The position numbers and the translations under genes are program-made. Positions 10,525-21,559 of a DNA stretch of 64,000 nt are shown here, piece after piece. The DNA is taken from assembly GCA_000091205.1 (NCBI GenBank), contig AP006502.2; one strand, 5' to 3'. The stretch's first letter is position 1; the number at the start of each line of letters is the position of its first letter. The notes beneath the pieces are model-generated. The model worked only from the letters and a program-made list of their open reading frames with translations, did no database searches and was not told the origin of the DNA. The stretch comes from Cyanidioschyzon merolae. Its lineage: Eukaryota.

Positions 10525-12515
10525 TGCTCGCGAAGACACCGCACTGGTACCGCGTTATGCGTCCCCAAACGTTACAGGTCGAGAGCGTACGCCCGCACCT
10601 GAGAGCGCAGCCATTGGCTGCTCGTGAGAAGCCACCACGCATCGCGCTGGGCAGATCCAGTGCGGTGCCTCTTCTGGAGGTGTTGCTTCCCAGAAGCACG
10701 TTTTTGCCGTTATCGCGAAGTTAATGACGACAATGAATCAGTCTCGCGACTATGCGCGATACCGCAAGGCATTTGGAAATGGATAGCGCTTGCTTTCGGG
10801 AAACTGAGGGGGTTTTATCGCTGGTTGTCACCGGGTAGCGCACCGGAGTTGTCGTAGTGCGTATAACGTGGTGTGCAGGTGCCGGCTGCAGGTACGTGTC
10901 AAGAAGGAGCGCTGCAGCTGCTCCCTGCAAACTGCCTACTTTCGCCTGATGGTAGCGATTGAACGGTCATTTCCAGATTTTCACACCAAGTCTATCTTGC
11001 ATCGGAAGCACGTAGGACAAGCACGTTTCGTATGCGCGTTGGAAACGTTCCGCACAATGCAACGCCGTGTCGAAGGTTGGGGCGTGCCGTCGGTTGCAGC
11101 GCGACTCTTGGAGGATCAAGTTACGTACCTGTTGGGGTAACGACTTCTGCTGTTGCGAGCATTTTCTCAACGTTTGCGTATCAAAGTGGCCTTGTGGAAG
11201 GAAGCATCGAGATCTAAAAGTTTGCGAATGCCTCCCGCTCGCAAGCACCCGGTGAACCTGCGCTGCATTGAGATGGTGCGTGCTCGTTCATGACGCGGTT
11301 GCTCCTGTTGACATGCACCCGGCAAAGCGTTTTCTTCTAAAATCCTTGCATATCCGTACTTCATCGAGAGACTCGTGTTTCCATCCATTTTAGGTCGTTC
11401 GTCTGCTGTGGAGCAGTTGGGATCCAATACCAGTGAAACCAGCACATTTTCAAGCATCTCTGGGCAAGATGCTGTCATCTCGGAGACCAAGCGCTTATGC
11501 ACTCGAGCACGGACTCGTTTCCAAGCAGTTGGGACGCACAGCTGACGAAGGATACAGCGGGTCTCTGAAGTCATCGAAAGATCCAGGATTCCGTTCCTTG
11601 GAACCATAGGCGATCGTCGCATGAGCTGGGACGCAGCTCGAAACGTGGCTGTCGCTGCCAATGCCAGCTGTTGGACGCTTTCATGACGTGTGTACACAGC
11701 GACCGCAGTCCAGCTACGACCAGGCGAATGATGTACTAGTGTCTCTGGCGGTCTATGGAGTATCCATGAGGAAGACCGGGTTGCGCGCTGCCTACCTTTG
11801 CATGCTTTTGAACGCGTACACCGCAAGTTCAAGCCATCGACGCTGCACGATGAGAGGCATCCAGAGGCAAACTTGCGGTGCTGAACGGGCGAAGCCGGCA
11901 CACGTCCGCGTGTCTGAGCGTAGGCACCGAGCGGCACGGCAGACGCTCAGGGCAGCTTCAACACCCGTGCTGTGTCTGCGTTTTCTAGCTCCTATTTCCG
12001 ACAGGAAAACGCCACCGAGCATGCTGGATCCTTGACGCGATCCCGGTGACCACTAGAGTCCCGTCTCTTGTCACTGGCTGCAGCTACGCATCTTCAGGAG
12101 TCAACACCAAAGCATGGATCGCGCTTCAGGCGCAAACATTGCGGAATCCAGTGCGCTACGAACAACCGCAGTGCTTTCTGTGCAGAAACCCCAGCGGGTT
12201 GTACGCCACGCGATCGCTACGTACCTCAACGCCGATTACGCAGGTACCAGCAACAATGCCCATGATTTGATTCATCACGCATCCATAGTCAATGCACTGC
12301 CGCACTAGATGTGTTCTGAGTGCGTCTATGCACTCGTGCAGACGTCCAGCTGGATGCCCCATCGTGCATAGGCAAGTCTCCGGCGACACGTCGCTGCGGT
12401 CGGCGCTCGTCGACGGCCCTGCAGCGCACATCCAGCACCCACGATCCCGGCCTGGTACTGGTATCTGCAACGTCGTTGCGCTCAGCAGTTGGACTCTGTT
12501 TCTAGCAACTCGACA

Positions 12516-13727
12516 ATGGTGACTCCGGGTTTCATCAGTAGTACAGTCGGTGCACGCGGTATGTCGTCGCGTTCCTGCAAAGCACTGGCGCTGAGCAGGA
12601 TTCCTGTACTAGTTACCTGGCGGCGGACTCGGCTGAACGCTGCGAAGCACCGCGGTGGCTTGCGCCTCTCCCAAAAAGCCGACGACCAGGCTTCACCTTC
12701 GGAATCAAAGCAAAAGTCTGAACAGAGCGGTGCGTTAGATGGGAAACAGCAGACAACGGGTGTGAACGACTCGGAGCAGTCGCTTCGGCAACTGCTTGGG
12801 ATGCGAGGCGCCAGCAAAGAAACGAACAAGTGGCGAATTCGCCTGCAGCTTATGAAGCCTATCACCTGGATTCCACTAGTCTGGGGAGTTGGCTGCGGTG
12901 CAGCTGCCTCCGGGCAATACCAATGGAACGATCCACAGGACATTGCAAAGCTATTGCTCTGCATGATCCTGTCGGGTCCGGTGTTGGCTGGCTTCACCCA
13001 GACGCTCAACGACTGGTTCGATCGCGAGATCGACGCTGTGAACGAGCCCTATCGGCCGATACCATCCGGAGCTATTTCCGAAGGTGAAGTCGTTGCGCAA
13101 ATATGGGCGCTTCTCTTCGCCGGACTCGGCTTGGCATACGGTCTCGACCTGTGGCAGGGGCACCAGTTTCCCCGGGTGCTTGCTGTAGCGTTGTTTGGAA
13201 CCTTCCTTGCATACATCTACTCAGCGCCGCCTCTGAAGCTGAAAAAGAACGGATGGCTAGGGAATTATGCACTCGGAGCATCGTATATTTCACTGCCGTG
13301 GTGGGCGGGCCAGTCGCTCTTCAGCGACAACCCGTTAGACTGGAAAATCATCGCACTAACGCTTCTCTATTCTTTTGCTGGGCTTGGCATAGCGGTTATT
13401 AATGATTTTAAATCCATCGAGGGTGACAGAAGACTGGGGCTAGCCAGCTTGCCCGTGATGTACGGTGTGGACACAGCCAAGTGGTTGAGTGTAGGCCTCA
13501 TCGATATTTTCCAGGCGCTGGTAGCGGCCTACTTGGCGCTTGTTGGCGAGACGGGGTATGCACTAGCGCTCGTTGCGATGATTCTGCCGCAAGTGTACCT
13601 GCAGTGGAAAATATTTTTACCGGACCCGATGCAGAACGACGTCAAGTACCAGGGTGCTGCCCAGCCGTTTCTAGTTTTTGGGATTTTGATCACCGCGCTG
13701 GCGATTGGTCATCATGGACAATTGTAG
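12516..13727 (+). CDS. chlG: Chlorophyll synthase (ChlG, UbiA prenyltransferase family) with N-terminal plastid-transit-like extension
   Basis: Diagnostic ChlG motif TQTLNDWFDREIDAVNEPYRPIPSGAIS, multiple TM helices, second Asp-rich region INDFKSIEGDRRLGLASLPV. N-terminal ~120 aa Ser/Arg-rich without a signal peptide. ATG at 12516 (track start TTG 12489). Confidence 0.85.
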   Translation: MVTPGFISSTVGARGMSSRSCKALALSRIPVLVTWRRTRLNAAKHRGGLRLSQKADDQASPSESKQKSEQSGALDGKQQTTGVNDSEQSLRQLLGMRGASKETNKWRIRLQLMKPITWIPLVWGVGCGAAASGQYQWNDPQDIAKLLLCMILSGPVLAGFTQTLNDWFDREIDAVNEPYRPIPSGAISEGEVVAQIWALLFAGLGLAYGLDLWQGHQFPRVLAVALFGTFLAYIYSAPPLKLKKNGWLGNYALGASYISLPWWAGQSLFSDNPLDWKIIALTLLYSFAGLGIAVINDFKSIEGDRRLGLASLPVMYGVDTAKWLSVGLIDIFQALVAAYLALVGETGYALALVAMILPQVYLQWKIFLPDPMQNDVKYQGAAQPFLVFGILITALAIGHHGQL

Positions 13728-14399
13728 AGTCGCTGGACGCAGCCCTGTGGAGACGGTCACACATGCGAGCACCGATAGCTGGCTGAGCGCTTCAGGAATA
13801 AGGAAATGTCCTGACGCTTCTCAACTGGATGCTGGTGGATAATGTTGTCGTGCTCACTGAGCTGCATCGCGTGCTCGAACGAAACACACGGGTTGCAATG
13901 CGCAGACGAACCGAAAGTTCTCGGCTATAGAATGCGTAATGAAGCGCGCTGCGGCAGGCACTTTGTTTCTCGGTGCAGTGAACACGGGTGAACCAGCTGT
14001 GAATCAACGGCCGTGTCCACGACAACACTCGTTGCACATTTGCTGCTCGCAACAAGCGCGAGCAGCTCGAATTGCGCATCAGCATGCCACTGCATCTTGA
14101 ACGATTACCGGAACTGAGGCCGTGGTACATTGCCGTGCTGCATTGTTCTGGCCCAAAACGTACCCGTGCAGGGGTGAACCTCACAGACAGCCTGTTGGAA
14201 CGCGCTGTGGACACGGAGATCTCGATGCTCGATGCTGCTTGCGGTACAAGGAATTGTACCCAAATGCTCTTTCCCCTCAGTTGGTCTCATCGAATAGACC
14301 GATAACGGTCTCTACGCAGAGAAATGCATCATCCTTGGAGCGGTATGGCCTGCTGCATTGCCGAGTAGGCGATTTCGAGCGAGCGAGGCCATCGCGACC

Positions 14400-14745
14400 C
14401 TGCTGGCAGTGCACACGAAAAGCGCTCACTTTCACCAACAGACAGGTAGGTAGCTTGAAAGGCAAGGAGGTCGCACTGCAGCAACCATTCCCCCTGATTG
14501 CCTGATTGATATCGCTTTGCGAGCCGGCAGCGCTCACTTTCACCAACAGACAGGTAGGTAGCTTGAAAGGCAAGGAGGTCGCACTGCAGCAACCATGCCC
14601 CCTGATTGCCTGATTGATATCGCCTTGCGAGCCGGCAGCGCTCACTTTCACCAACAGACAGGTAGGTAGCTTGAAAGGCAAGGAGGTCGCGCTGCAGCAA
14701 CCATGCCCCCTGATTGCCTGAACGATATCGCCTCGTTAACCCGCT
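14400..14745. repeat. Minisatellite, 108-bp unit x ~3
   Basis: Unit agcgctcactttcaccaacagacaggtaggtagcttgaaaggcaaggaggtcgc... recurs at 14421, 14529 and 14637 with a few substitutions. Intergenic between ChlG and BRE1. Confidence 0.85.
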
Positions 14746-15300
14746 AGCCTGCCCGATAGAAACTGCACCTGCACAGTCACGCACGGTGCACCTCTCATGC
14801 CGTTCAGGCCGGCAGCGCTGACAAACACCACGCGCTCATCCGTAGATTTCTCCGGAAACCTTGCCCCGATATCCCTCGCAATAGTAGCGCCCGCGGTATG
14901 AACAAAAACCTCGTTCTCCGCGGTGACGACTCCAAGACGCCTTGCATCATCACCGCTACACTGGACGATGCGCGCTCCCATGCCGAAGCCACACCCAAGC
15001 TCGCTCGCTGGCCTCAAACAGCACCAACACCGCTACCAACACCACATTATGTCTCCAACTGCAAGTGCAGCAATGCAGCAGTAGCCCAGCTATATGGATG
15101 CATCCCAGGCGCCTAGACCGGCGATCCGCTACGCAACACGCTGCCTGGGCCTGTGTAGACGCTGCGGCGCTGGCGCTTCGCGAAACCAGACATACCCGCG
15201 CATACCGCTTCACACCGAAAACTTTTTGGTGCTTTTTGTTTTCGTATTGTTTCGTTGCTTGGAACGGTCCACGTACCTGCCGCACGAACTCAGCTCATTC

Positions 15301-16389
15301 ATGGCCAAGCGGCCGCGTCCAAGTGCCTCACAAGAGGATCTCCAAGAAAGGGATGAAGCGATTGACGGGAAATTGTTGCGCTATCAAATAGCACAGCTTG
15401 GTGCTTCCTTGCAAGCTCGACAGGAGGAGCTGCAGAGGCTGCAGAGCCGGGTGGAAACCCTAGAGCGGGAACTGGCAGAGCATGATGTTGCGCAAAAGCC
15501 CGAGCTTCGGCCCGAATGGGAGCCTCTTGTCCAGGCTGCAGTGGCTGCGAGGAAGGTAGAGCGTCTCGAGCAGGACCTCGAGGACGCCCGCCAACAGCTC
15601 ACGCAACAGCGGCGTCTTCTCGTTCGTTTAGAGTGCGGAGTCTCTGTTACCGGTACCAGCACTGCGACTGATCAAGCACCTGTTCCCAAGCCAGACTCGT
15701 CACCTGCTTCGGAGCAGTCGTCAGCGCCGGAACGCAACGATACGCTAGCGGGCACTGCGGCCGCAGAGGCGCCATCGTCGACCTCCGCTGGGCCTCAGCA
15801 AGTCGACACAAAGCAGGTATCCGTCCTACAGTCCCAGGTAAATGAACTGGAAACAAGGATTAGTCTTTTGGCAGAGGAACTCGCACAGGAGCGTGAACTC
15901 GCTCGAGCCGTTCGCGAACAACTCGAGAGCAGCGCGCGGGAGAAAGCGGAACTAGCGAGTGCACTCCAGGTCGCCCAGGAGCAGGCACAGAACCCAGAGC
16001 CAGAGGTTATTCGGGCGTCGGCCACCTACAAGAGCATGGAGGCCCATTTACTGATTCTTCTGCGGGCTGAACAGAAATGGAGTCAGGATCGGGAAGCGCT
16101 TGTCCGCGAACGCGATGAGCTCTTGATTCGCGCTAACCAGGAACAAACAGTCGAGAAGCGAGAGCTCCTTAGCGAGATCGAGAAGCTCAAAGCAAAAATA
16201 AATGAGAAGAACACGGAAACGGAATGGCTGAAGGAGAATGTAGCCAAACTACAGATGATGTACGAGGAGAAGAAAAAAGTCGCTGTTGATCCCGTGGTTC
16301 TAGACGAGACCAGCAGAGCTGTACGCCAACTGCAGGAACGGAACGCGGATCTCAGCACGAAATTACAGAGCATACGGACAGCCGAAGCG
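15301..16389 (+). CDS. BRE1: BRE1-like E3 ubiquitin ligase, exon 1 (coiled-coil region)
   Basis: Long heptad coiled-coil ORF. It ends exactly at a GTAAGT donor (16390) after a complete codon. The probable start is MAKRPRPS at 15301, in frame inside track ORF 15094..16410. Confidence 0.7.
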
Positions 16390-16773
16390 GTAAGTTTATA
16401 CAGTTACTGACGTAGCGGAAAGCGCCTCGCGTTGCTTCTCCTGGATGCACGGGCGCTTTCATAGAGCTCGACTCCATTCAGTCAGTCAGTCAGTCAGTCA
16501 GTCTGACTGACTGTCTGTCTGTCAGTTTGTGTGCATGTGTTTGTATGCACATGACCAGCACCCATCGTTGACGTTCTTTGGCGAACACTGGCGTCATCTG
16601 GTGATATGCGAAGCCACAAGGCGACGCAAGCGATACGAGCGCCCGTACCGCCGTCGACGCCATGCAGCGGGTGCCGGTGACCACACGGGTATAGCGTTGC
16701 CGGCTGACTCGGGCCCAAGACTACCACACGCTTATCGAACCGAACAGAGCACTAACCGATTCTCATCAACCAG
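16390..16773 (+). other. Spliceosomal intron (384 nt) of BRE1-like gene
   Basis: 5' GTAAGT at 16390. ACTAAC branch-like hexamer at 16751-16756, ~17 nt upstream of the CAG acceptor (16771-16773). Exon 2 continues in frame (DVQSASEDASEYLAEIE...). A (CAGT)n/(CTGT)n microsatellite lies inside. Confidence 0.7.
16479..16550. repeat. Compound microsatellite (CAGT)n-(CTGT)n-(TG)n inside the BRE1 intron
   Basis: tcagtcagtcagtcagtcagtcagtctgactgactgtctgtctgtcagtttgtgtgcatgtgtttgtatg. Confidence 0.9.
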
Positions 16774-17580
16774 GATGTACAGAGCGCTTCTGAAGACGCA
16801 TCGGAGTATTTGGCAGAGATCGAGACCTTGTCGTCCAGCTTGACCAAGGCGGAGGCCTCCATCGCACAACTCACGGAACGCCTTATCGAGAAAGAAGCAA
16901 CCCTAGGCAAAGTGCTCGCGGAAAGGCTCAAATACATTCAGCAGCAACTGACGTTAAAGGAGCAGCTGAAAGTGGAAGCGAATCGCGCCGAGAAAGAACA
17001 CGAGCTCTCGCAACAAATCAGCCATGCATTGACTGCAGCACGGAATCAGGTGTCCGAGCTGCAGAGCCAGTTGGAGAAAATGAGTAGCGAAATGCGTATT
17101 GTTCGCAAGCAAGCCGACATCGCCCGCCTCGGCGCCGAAAAGAGCGCGGCGGAAGCGTATACCCAGCGGCAGTTTGCCGAGTCCGCCCAATCGCAGGTAA
17201 GACGCCTCAGTGGAGAACTGGCTCAGCTTCGTGGTCAGATCGAACAGCAAACAGAGGCGCTGCGTGCTGCAGACGAAGCGAAAACGCGTAGCGAACGACG
17301 CGTGTCGCGGCTGGAGCACGAGCTCGAACTATTACGCAAGCGCAACGCTGCAACGAGCGCTAGCGATGTCGACTGGCAACACGAAATGATCGAAGATATG
17401 CGACGCAAGCTCTACTGCACCGTCTGCAAAGCTCAGGAGAAACAGGTTACACTGCTTCGCTGTTTTCACATGTTCTGTCGGGATTGCATTCAAACGAATA
17501 TCGCGAATCGAAATCGCAAATGCCCGTTATGTGGCGAAAAATTCGGCACCGACGATGTGAAACCGATCTTTTTCGTCTGA
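16774..17580 (+). CDS. BRE1: BRE1-like E3 ubiquitin ligase, exon 2 (coiled coil plus C-terminal C3HC4 RING)
   Basis: C-terminus KLYCTVCKAQEKQVTLLRCFHMFCRDCIQTNIANRNRKCPLCGEKFGTDDVKPIFFV aligns with the yeast/human Bre1/RNF20 RING tail. The preceding coiled coil matches Bre1 architecture. Confidence 0.8.
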   Translation, partial: DVQSASEDASEYLAEIETLSSSLTKAEASIAQLTERLIEKEATLGKVLAERLKYIQQQLTLKEQLKVEANRAEKEHELSQQISHALTAARNQVSELQSQLEKMSSEMRIVRKQADIARLGAEKSAAEAYTQRQFAESAQSQVRRLSGELAQLRGQIEQQTEALRAADEAKTRSERRVSRLEHELELLRKRNAATSASDVDWQHEMIEDMRRKLYCTVCKAQEKQVTLLRCFHMFCRDCIQTNIANRNRKCPLCGEKFGTDDVKPIFFV

Positions 17581-18115
17581 GCGACTCGCGAATGCCAGGA
17601 GTACGGTTTGCTCCACGTAATGAGCGTCCACGCTTGCGAGCATGAATGTATGGATGTGTGTGCGGGCGTTCATATGCACGTGGCTTTTAACGAGATCATG
17701 TAGGTACGAGCGAGGATGTGTGGATTTGGCACAAGTCTCGCCAGGGCGCCTGGTACACCAGCACCACCAGCATCACATGAGCGATTGACGCCTGCAGCTG
17801 CCTCCTCTGCGCTGACCCTTAAACGATTCAAACGATTATCAAAGGGCGTACCTGCAGCGCATTCGAATGATTTCCAAGGGCAAACACCCGACGCGTCTGC
17901 TACGTGTTTTGGACACGAGCTCGCCTTTGCTCCTGGTCACCATTCATCGGATGCGAGATTTGCCAGATACTGCCGATGCAGCAGTCCTCCAGGTAGATGC
18001 GTTAAAGACGCGGTACCATGCAGCCTCCGAGGCAGCGGCGACGACGTGGTATTCGGGCGCTCGTCCAACAACTGTTGGGATTCAGCTGCGTTGGGCTACT
18101 CGGGCAAGGGCGCAC

Positions 18116-19603
18116 TCACCCGCGCTCAGCTTCCGACTGACGCTGCTCCTGTTGTTGTTGTTGTTGTTGTTGCTGCTGCTGCGACCTCGATAGCGGATGC
18201 ATCACAAAGTCCAGCGTCCGTCGCGTCACTGGCGCTGAGGGCGATGCATCCGCAATGCCTGGTGCGCTGCTGCCCAGCGCCCCGGGTTGGGTTTCAGGCT
18301 CCGTCTCAACGCCTGACTCGAAGAAACTCCCCGGTTGTATCTGACCAATGTCAGCGAGTGCGTCGCGGGCCTGCACCAACAGCGTCTCTGCTTCCTGTTG
18401 CTTCCGTCCGTGTCCGCGGCGGAAGAGGATATACACCCGCACACGCAAGCCGCGCATGAGGAACTCGCGAGCGCGGCGCATTTTCAGCGCAAAGTCGTGA
18501 CTCTGTGTCACTGGCGAGAGACGAATCTCCTTGGTGACTTGTTGGCGTGTTTTCCGTGCTGCTTTCACCATATTCCGCTTGGCTTTGGCGGATCTCGTCG
18601 ATAGTACGTCACGTGCGGACGTAACGAGTCGACAGACCGGCAAAGGGCGTGCTTTGGGCGCCACTTCGACCAGATCGAGTCCACGGCTCGATGCCTTCTG
18701 CAGCGCATCTGCCACAGAGAAGGTGCCCAGTGCCTCACCGTTGGTATCCACAAGCAGACACTGCATCGTAGAGGGAATTTCATCGTTCACACGAAGACGT
18801 GCTTTCTCTACCATGCGGGGCTTGACCTGCGATGCAGCCGCAACTACAAAGCTTCTCCGGGCCGTCGATGCAACCTCCACTGCAACTAGGCTTGCGCAGC
18901 TCGCCTTGCTGTACTTTGCTGCAGTCGCTGTTACACCGTACAATGCCGACTGCACATGTCCAAGCACCCGGGTGTAACCAGTGTCTGCAGCAGCTCCCGG
19001 CAGTCGACGGCTTTGTGTGCTAGTCCGGGACAGCGTCTCGTGCGAGAAGCGCATGCCAAACGCATCCCTACGAGGCATGTATCCGTGGTTGTCGTTCCAG
19101 CGGGTTACGGAGCGTCGTATCCAGCATGACAGGCGATGCAGTACACGAGCGGATTCTGGCATGAGAAGAGGGTCAAGGCGACAGCGCTGTTCTGGCGCTG
19201 ACGTCTGCACACCCCGACTCGCGGTCTGTTCACGACGACGACGACGACTACTGTGAGGAGCAGGAGGAGAAGAAAAAGAAGTGATGCGCCTCATATGCAA
19301 GACGCTGCTCGCGGTGGACGCTTTGCACGCTGGTACAGCGTGTGCTCTACTGTACGCCGTTGCTGTCGCCACCCGAGTCGACGTCTCCGCTACGGGACCG
19401 AACGCCCGAATGAAGCCCAGATGCTGACAAAAGCGGTCCCAGCGGCACCGCTTTCGCCAAGACTCATACGTGAGAAGCGGTGTGCGCACCAGCGTCGCGG
19501 TACTCGCAGGGCAGCCTTCCTGGGCGAGGCCGTGTTGCGCGTGTGCCGACGCCAAGCCACGAAGCCAAACAGAACACCAGTCCCCGCTGTGTCTGGTGCG
19601 CAT
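18116..19603 (-). CDS. infC: Organellar translation initiation factor IF-3 (infC-like) with long N-terminal extension and C-terminal poly-Q
   Basis: C-terminal half matches the IF3 N- and C-domains: INDEIPSTMQCLLVDTNGEALGTFSVADALQKASSRGLDLVEVAPKARPLPVCRLV, VKEIRLSPVTQSHDFALKMRRAREFLMRGLRVRVYILFRRGHG. The N-terminal boundary is uncertain: first ATG is 19603, track start is GTG 19789. Poly-Q tail is encoded by (GTT/GCT)n at 18150-18183. Confidence 0.6.
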   Translation of the reverse strand: MRTRHSGDWCSVWLRGLASAHAQHGLAQEGCPASTATLVRTPLLTYESWRKRCRWDRFCQHLGFIRAFGPVAETSTRVATATAYSRAHAVPACKASTASSVLHMRRITSFSSPPAPHSSRRRRREQTASRGVQTSAPEQRCRLDPLLMPESARVLHRLSCWIRRSVTRWNDNHGYMPRRDAFGMRFSHETLSRTSTQSRRLPGAAADTGYTRVLGHVQSALYGVTATAAKYSKASCASLVAVEVASTARRSFVVAAASQVKPRMVEKARLRVNDEIPSTMQCLLVDTNGEALGTFSVADALQKASSRGLDLVEVAPKARPLPVCRLVTSARDVLSTRSAKAKRNMVKAARKTRQQVTKEIRLSPVTQSHDFALKMRRAREFLMRGLRVRVYILFRRGHGRKQQEAETLLVQARDALADIGQIQPGSFFESGVETEPETQPGALGSSAPGIADASPSAPVTRRTLDFVMHPLSRSQQQQQQQQQQQEQRQSEAERG

Positions 19604-20044
19604 GAAACTCTCCTCGAGTCTTGAGTCCGGTACTCGTAGGTCACCCGTCGAAAGCAGCGCCGACCCACACAACAGCCAGCACCGGTGATGCGCACCCGTT
19701 GCCTGCCAGTCCCGCGTGAACGCAGTCGTACACCAGTGCTGCTCCGCTGACAAGCGCACACGCTCTGTAAACCTCGGGGCTTCCTCCACTGCACCTCGTG
19801 TAGCTCCTGGAGACGACGTTCGTGTTTCGTGCCAGCCAGCGAGCGCTGGCCTGCGACCAAGAAACGTCCAAGAAGCTCACCGTTCGCAGCAGCAGCAGCA
19901 TCGCACGAGGAGGATGCGCAAGTCTCGTTTGGCGACCGCGACTGGTACGCCCTTTGTCTCTGCAACTGCCTGTCGCTGTCGTGCGTTGCCTGCAAGCGCT
20001 TTCGGAAACGCATCGAGTGGACAAGTCTGAGGTGTGGTGGCGGT

Positions 20045-21559
20045 ATGGTCATCGTTCAGATAAAATGGAATAAACAGGTCTTCCCTACAGAGGTGTCTGA
20101 GGACGAGACGGCGCGTTCACTCATGGAGCGTTTACAGAAACTCACCGGGGTACCGTCCGAGCGCCTGACGCTGCTGGGCCTCAAGCGCGGGGCAGTGCGT
20201 GTCCACACTGCCGGTACGCTTGCTGCACTCGGCCTTCAGGACGGGTGTACGGTGATGCTGCTTGGAACGCCTGTGTCAGCGGGTGCGGCTGCTGTCAGCC
20301 AAGCGGTAGCGAATAGCCCGCTGTCGCCCGAGAAGGCTGGTGCTGGGGTCACAGGGACAACTGCCTCGGGTGCGTCTGCAACTCCCCCGCTGAAGCATGT
20401 GCGGCGGGGGCTTGCGAACCTCGGCAATAGCTGCTACGCGAACGCTACGATTCAGTGTTTATTGCAGGTGCCTGAGCTGCGCGACTACCTCAGATCTCGC
20501 GTTCAGAGCAGCGCTTCGTTGGCACCAGCGGTGACGACTGCTGACGCGGAGCACCGAGTTGTCATGGCGCTTGCAGCACTTGCAGAGACGCTTTCATCAC
20601 CGAACGCAGTCCAAGGCTCGTCTGATAATCCCGAGCGCTTCTATCCACAGGTGGTCATGGCTGCTCTGCGGAGCGCGTATCCCCAGTTCGCACAACGTGA
20701 CAATCACGGTATGTATATGCAGCAGGATGCGGAGGAGTGTCTTTCACAGATTCTCGGCGCTCTGGCGCGCATGGAGCCACCTACAACCGGAACAAATTGG
20801 GTAGATGCCACTTTCGGAACGCTGATTGCCTCAACCGACCGCTGTGACGAACCGAATGAAGTATCCACGGCGTGCACGCCCGTTGTCAGTCACGAGTGTT
20901 TACGACTGCTGCCGTGTCATATCAGCAAGCAGGTGAATCATCTGTCGGAGGGCATCCGCGAAGGCCTCGAAGGCTCCATCGAGCGATACGTGGACTCGCT
21001 GGGTCGAACCCTGAACTGGAAGCGGGAATCCCGAATCGAGCGGTTACCACCGTACCTCATTGTGCATTTCGTGCGTTTCTTCTGGAAACCGGTTGAGAAA
21101 GTGAAAGCCAAGGTTTTGCGCAAAGTCGTGTTTCCGCTGATACTCGATACGTTGCCATTCTGTACGGACAGCTTGCAGGATGCCCTCCGAGCAGCTCGAA
21201 CGCCAACCGCCACGACAGAAGCAGACGCGGAGGGTGCCCTTCAAGACGCTCAGGTCGGTGGTAGCAGCAGCAGCAGCAGTAGCAGCAGTGGAAAACCCGA
21301 CACACCGTCCGGACTGTATGAATTGTTTGCTGTGCTCACGCATCAAGGACGAACTGCGGACTCGGGCCATTACGTCGCATGGGTACGTGATCCCGAGCAA
21401 CCCCTGGATCGCAGTGTTTGGCTCAAGTACGACGATGATCGTGTTGAGACTGTTACCGAGGACCAGATTCTTCGACTCTGTGGAGGCGGCGACTGGCACA
21501 TGGCCTACATATGTTTTTATCGAATGAGGCCTGGACCAGGCACCAATGAAAAACGCTAG
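20045..21559 (+). CDS. USP14: Ubiquitin carboxyl-terminal hydrolase with N-terminal ubiquitin-like domain (USP14/Ubp6-like proteasomal DUB)
   Basis: N-terminal UBL (MVIVQIKWNKQVFPTEVSEDETARSLMERLQKLTGVP...GLKRG). Cys box GLANLGNSCYANATIQCLLQVPELRDYL. His box YELFAVLTHQGRTADSGHYVAWVR...WLKYDDDRV. Poly-Ser insert. Length ~504 aa as in USP14. ATG at 20045. Confidence 0.85.
   Translation: MVIVQIKWNKQVFPTEVSEDETARSLMERLQKLTGVPSERLTLLGLKRGAVRVHTAGTLAALGLQDGCTVMLLGTPVSAGAAAVSQAVANSPLSPEKAGAGVTGTTASGASATPPLKHVRRGLANLGNSCYANATIQCLLQVPELRDYLRSRVQSSASLAPAVTTADAEHRVVMALAALAETLSSPNAVQGSSDNPERFYPQVVMAALRSAYPQFAQRDNHGMYMQQDAEECLSQILGALARMEPPTTGTNWVDATFGTLIASTDRCDEPNEVSTACTPVVSHECLRLLPCHISKQVNHLSEGIREGLEGSIERYVDSLGRTLNWKRESRIERLPPYLIVHFVRFFWKPVEKVKAKVLRKVVFPLILDTLPFCTDSLQDALRAARTPTATTEADAEGALQDAQVGGSSSSSSSSSGKPDTPSGLYELFAVLTHQGRTADSGHYVAWVRDPEQPLDRSVWLKYDDDRVETVTEDQILRLCGGGDWHMAYICFYRMRPGPGTNEKR

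Noticed and set aside
11167-11937. 256-aa minus-strand ORF in the 2-kb gap between the ABHD13-like gene and ChlG
   Set aside because: No recognisable domain, biased Arg/Ser/Cys composition and an alternative start codon. It may be a real lineage-specific gene, but I cannot support it.
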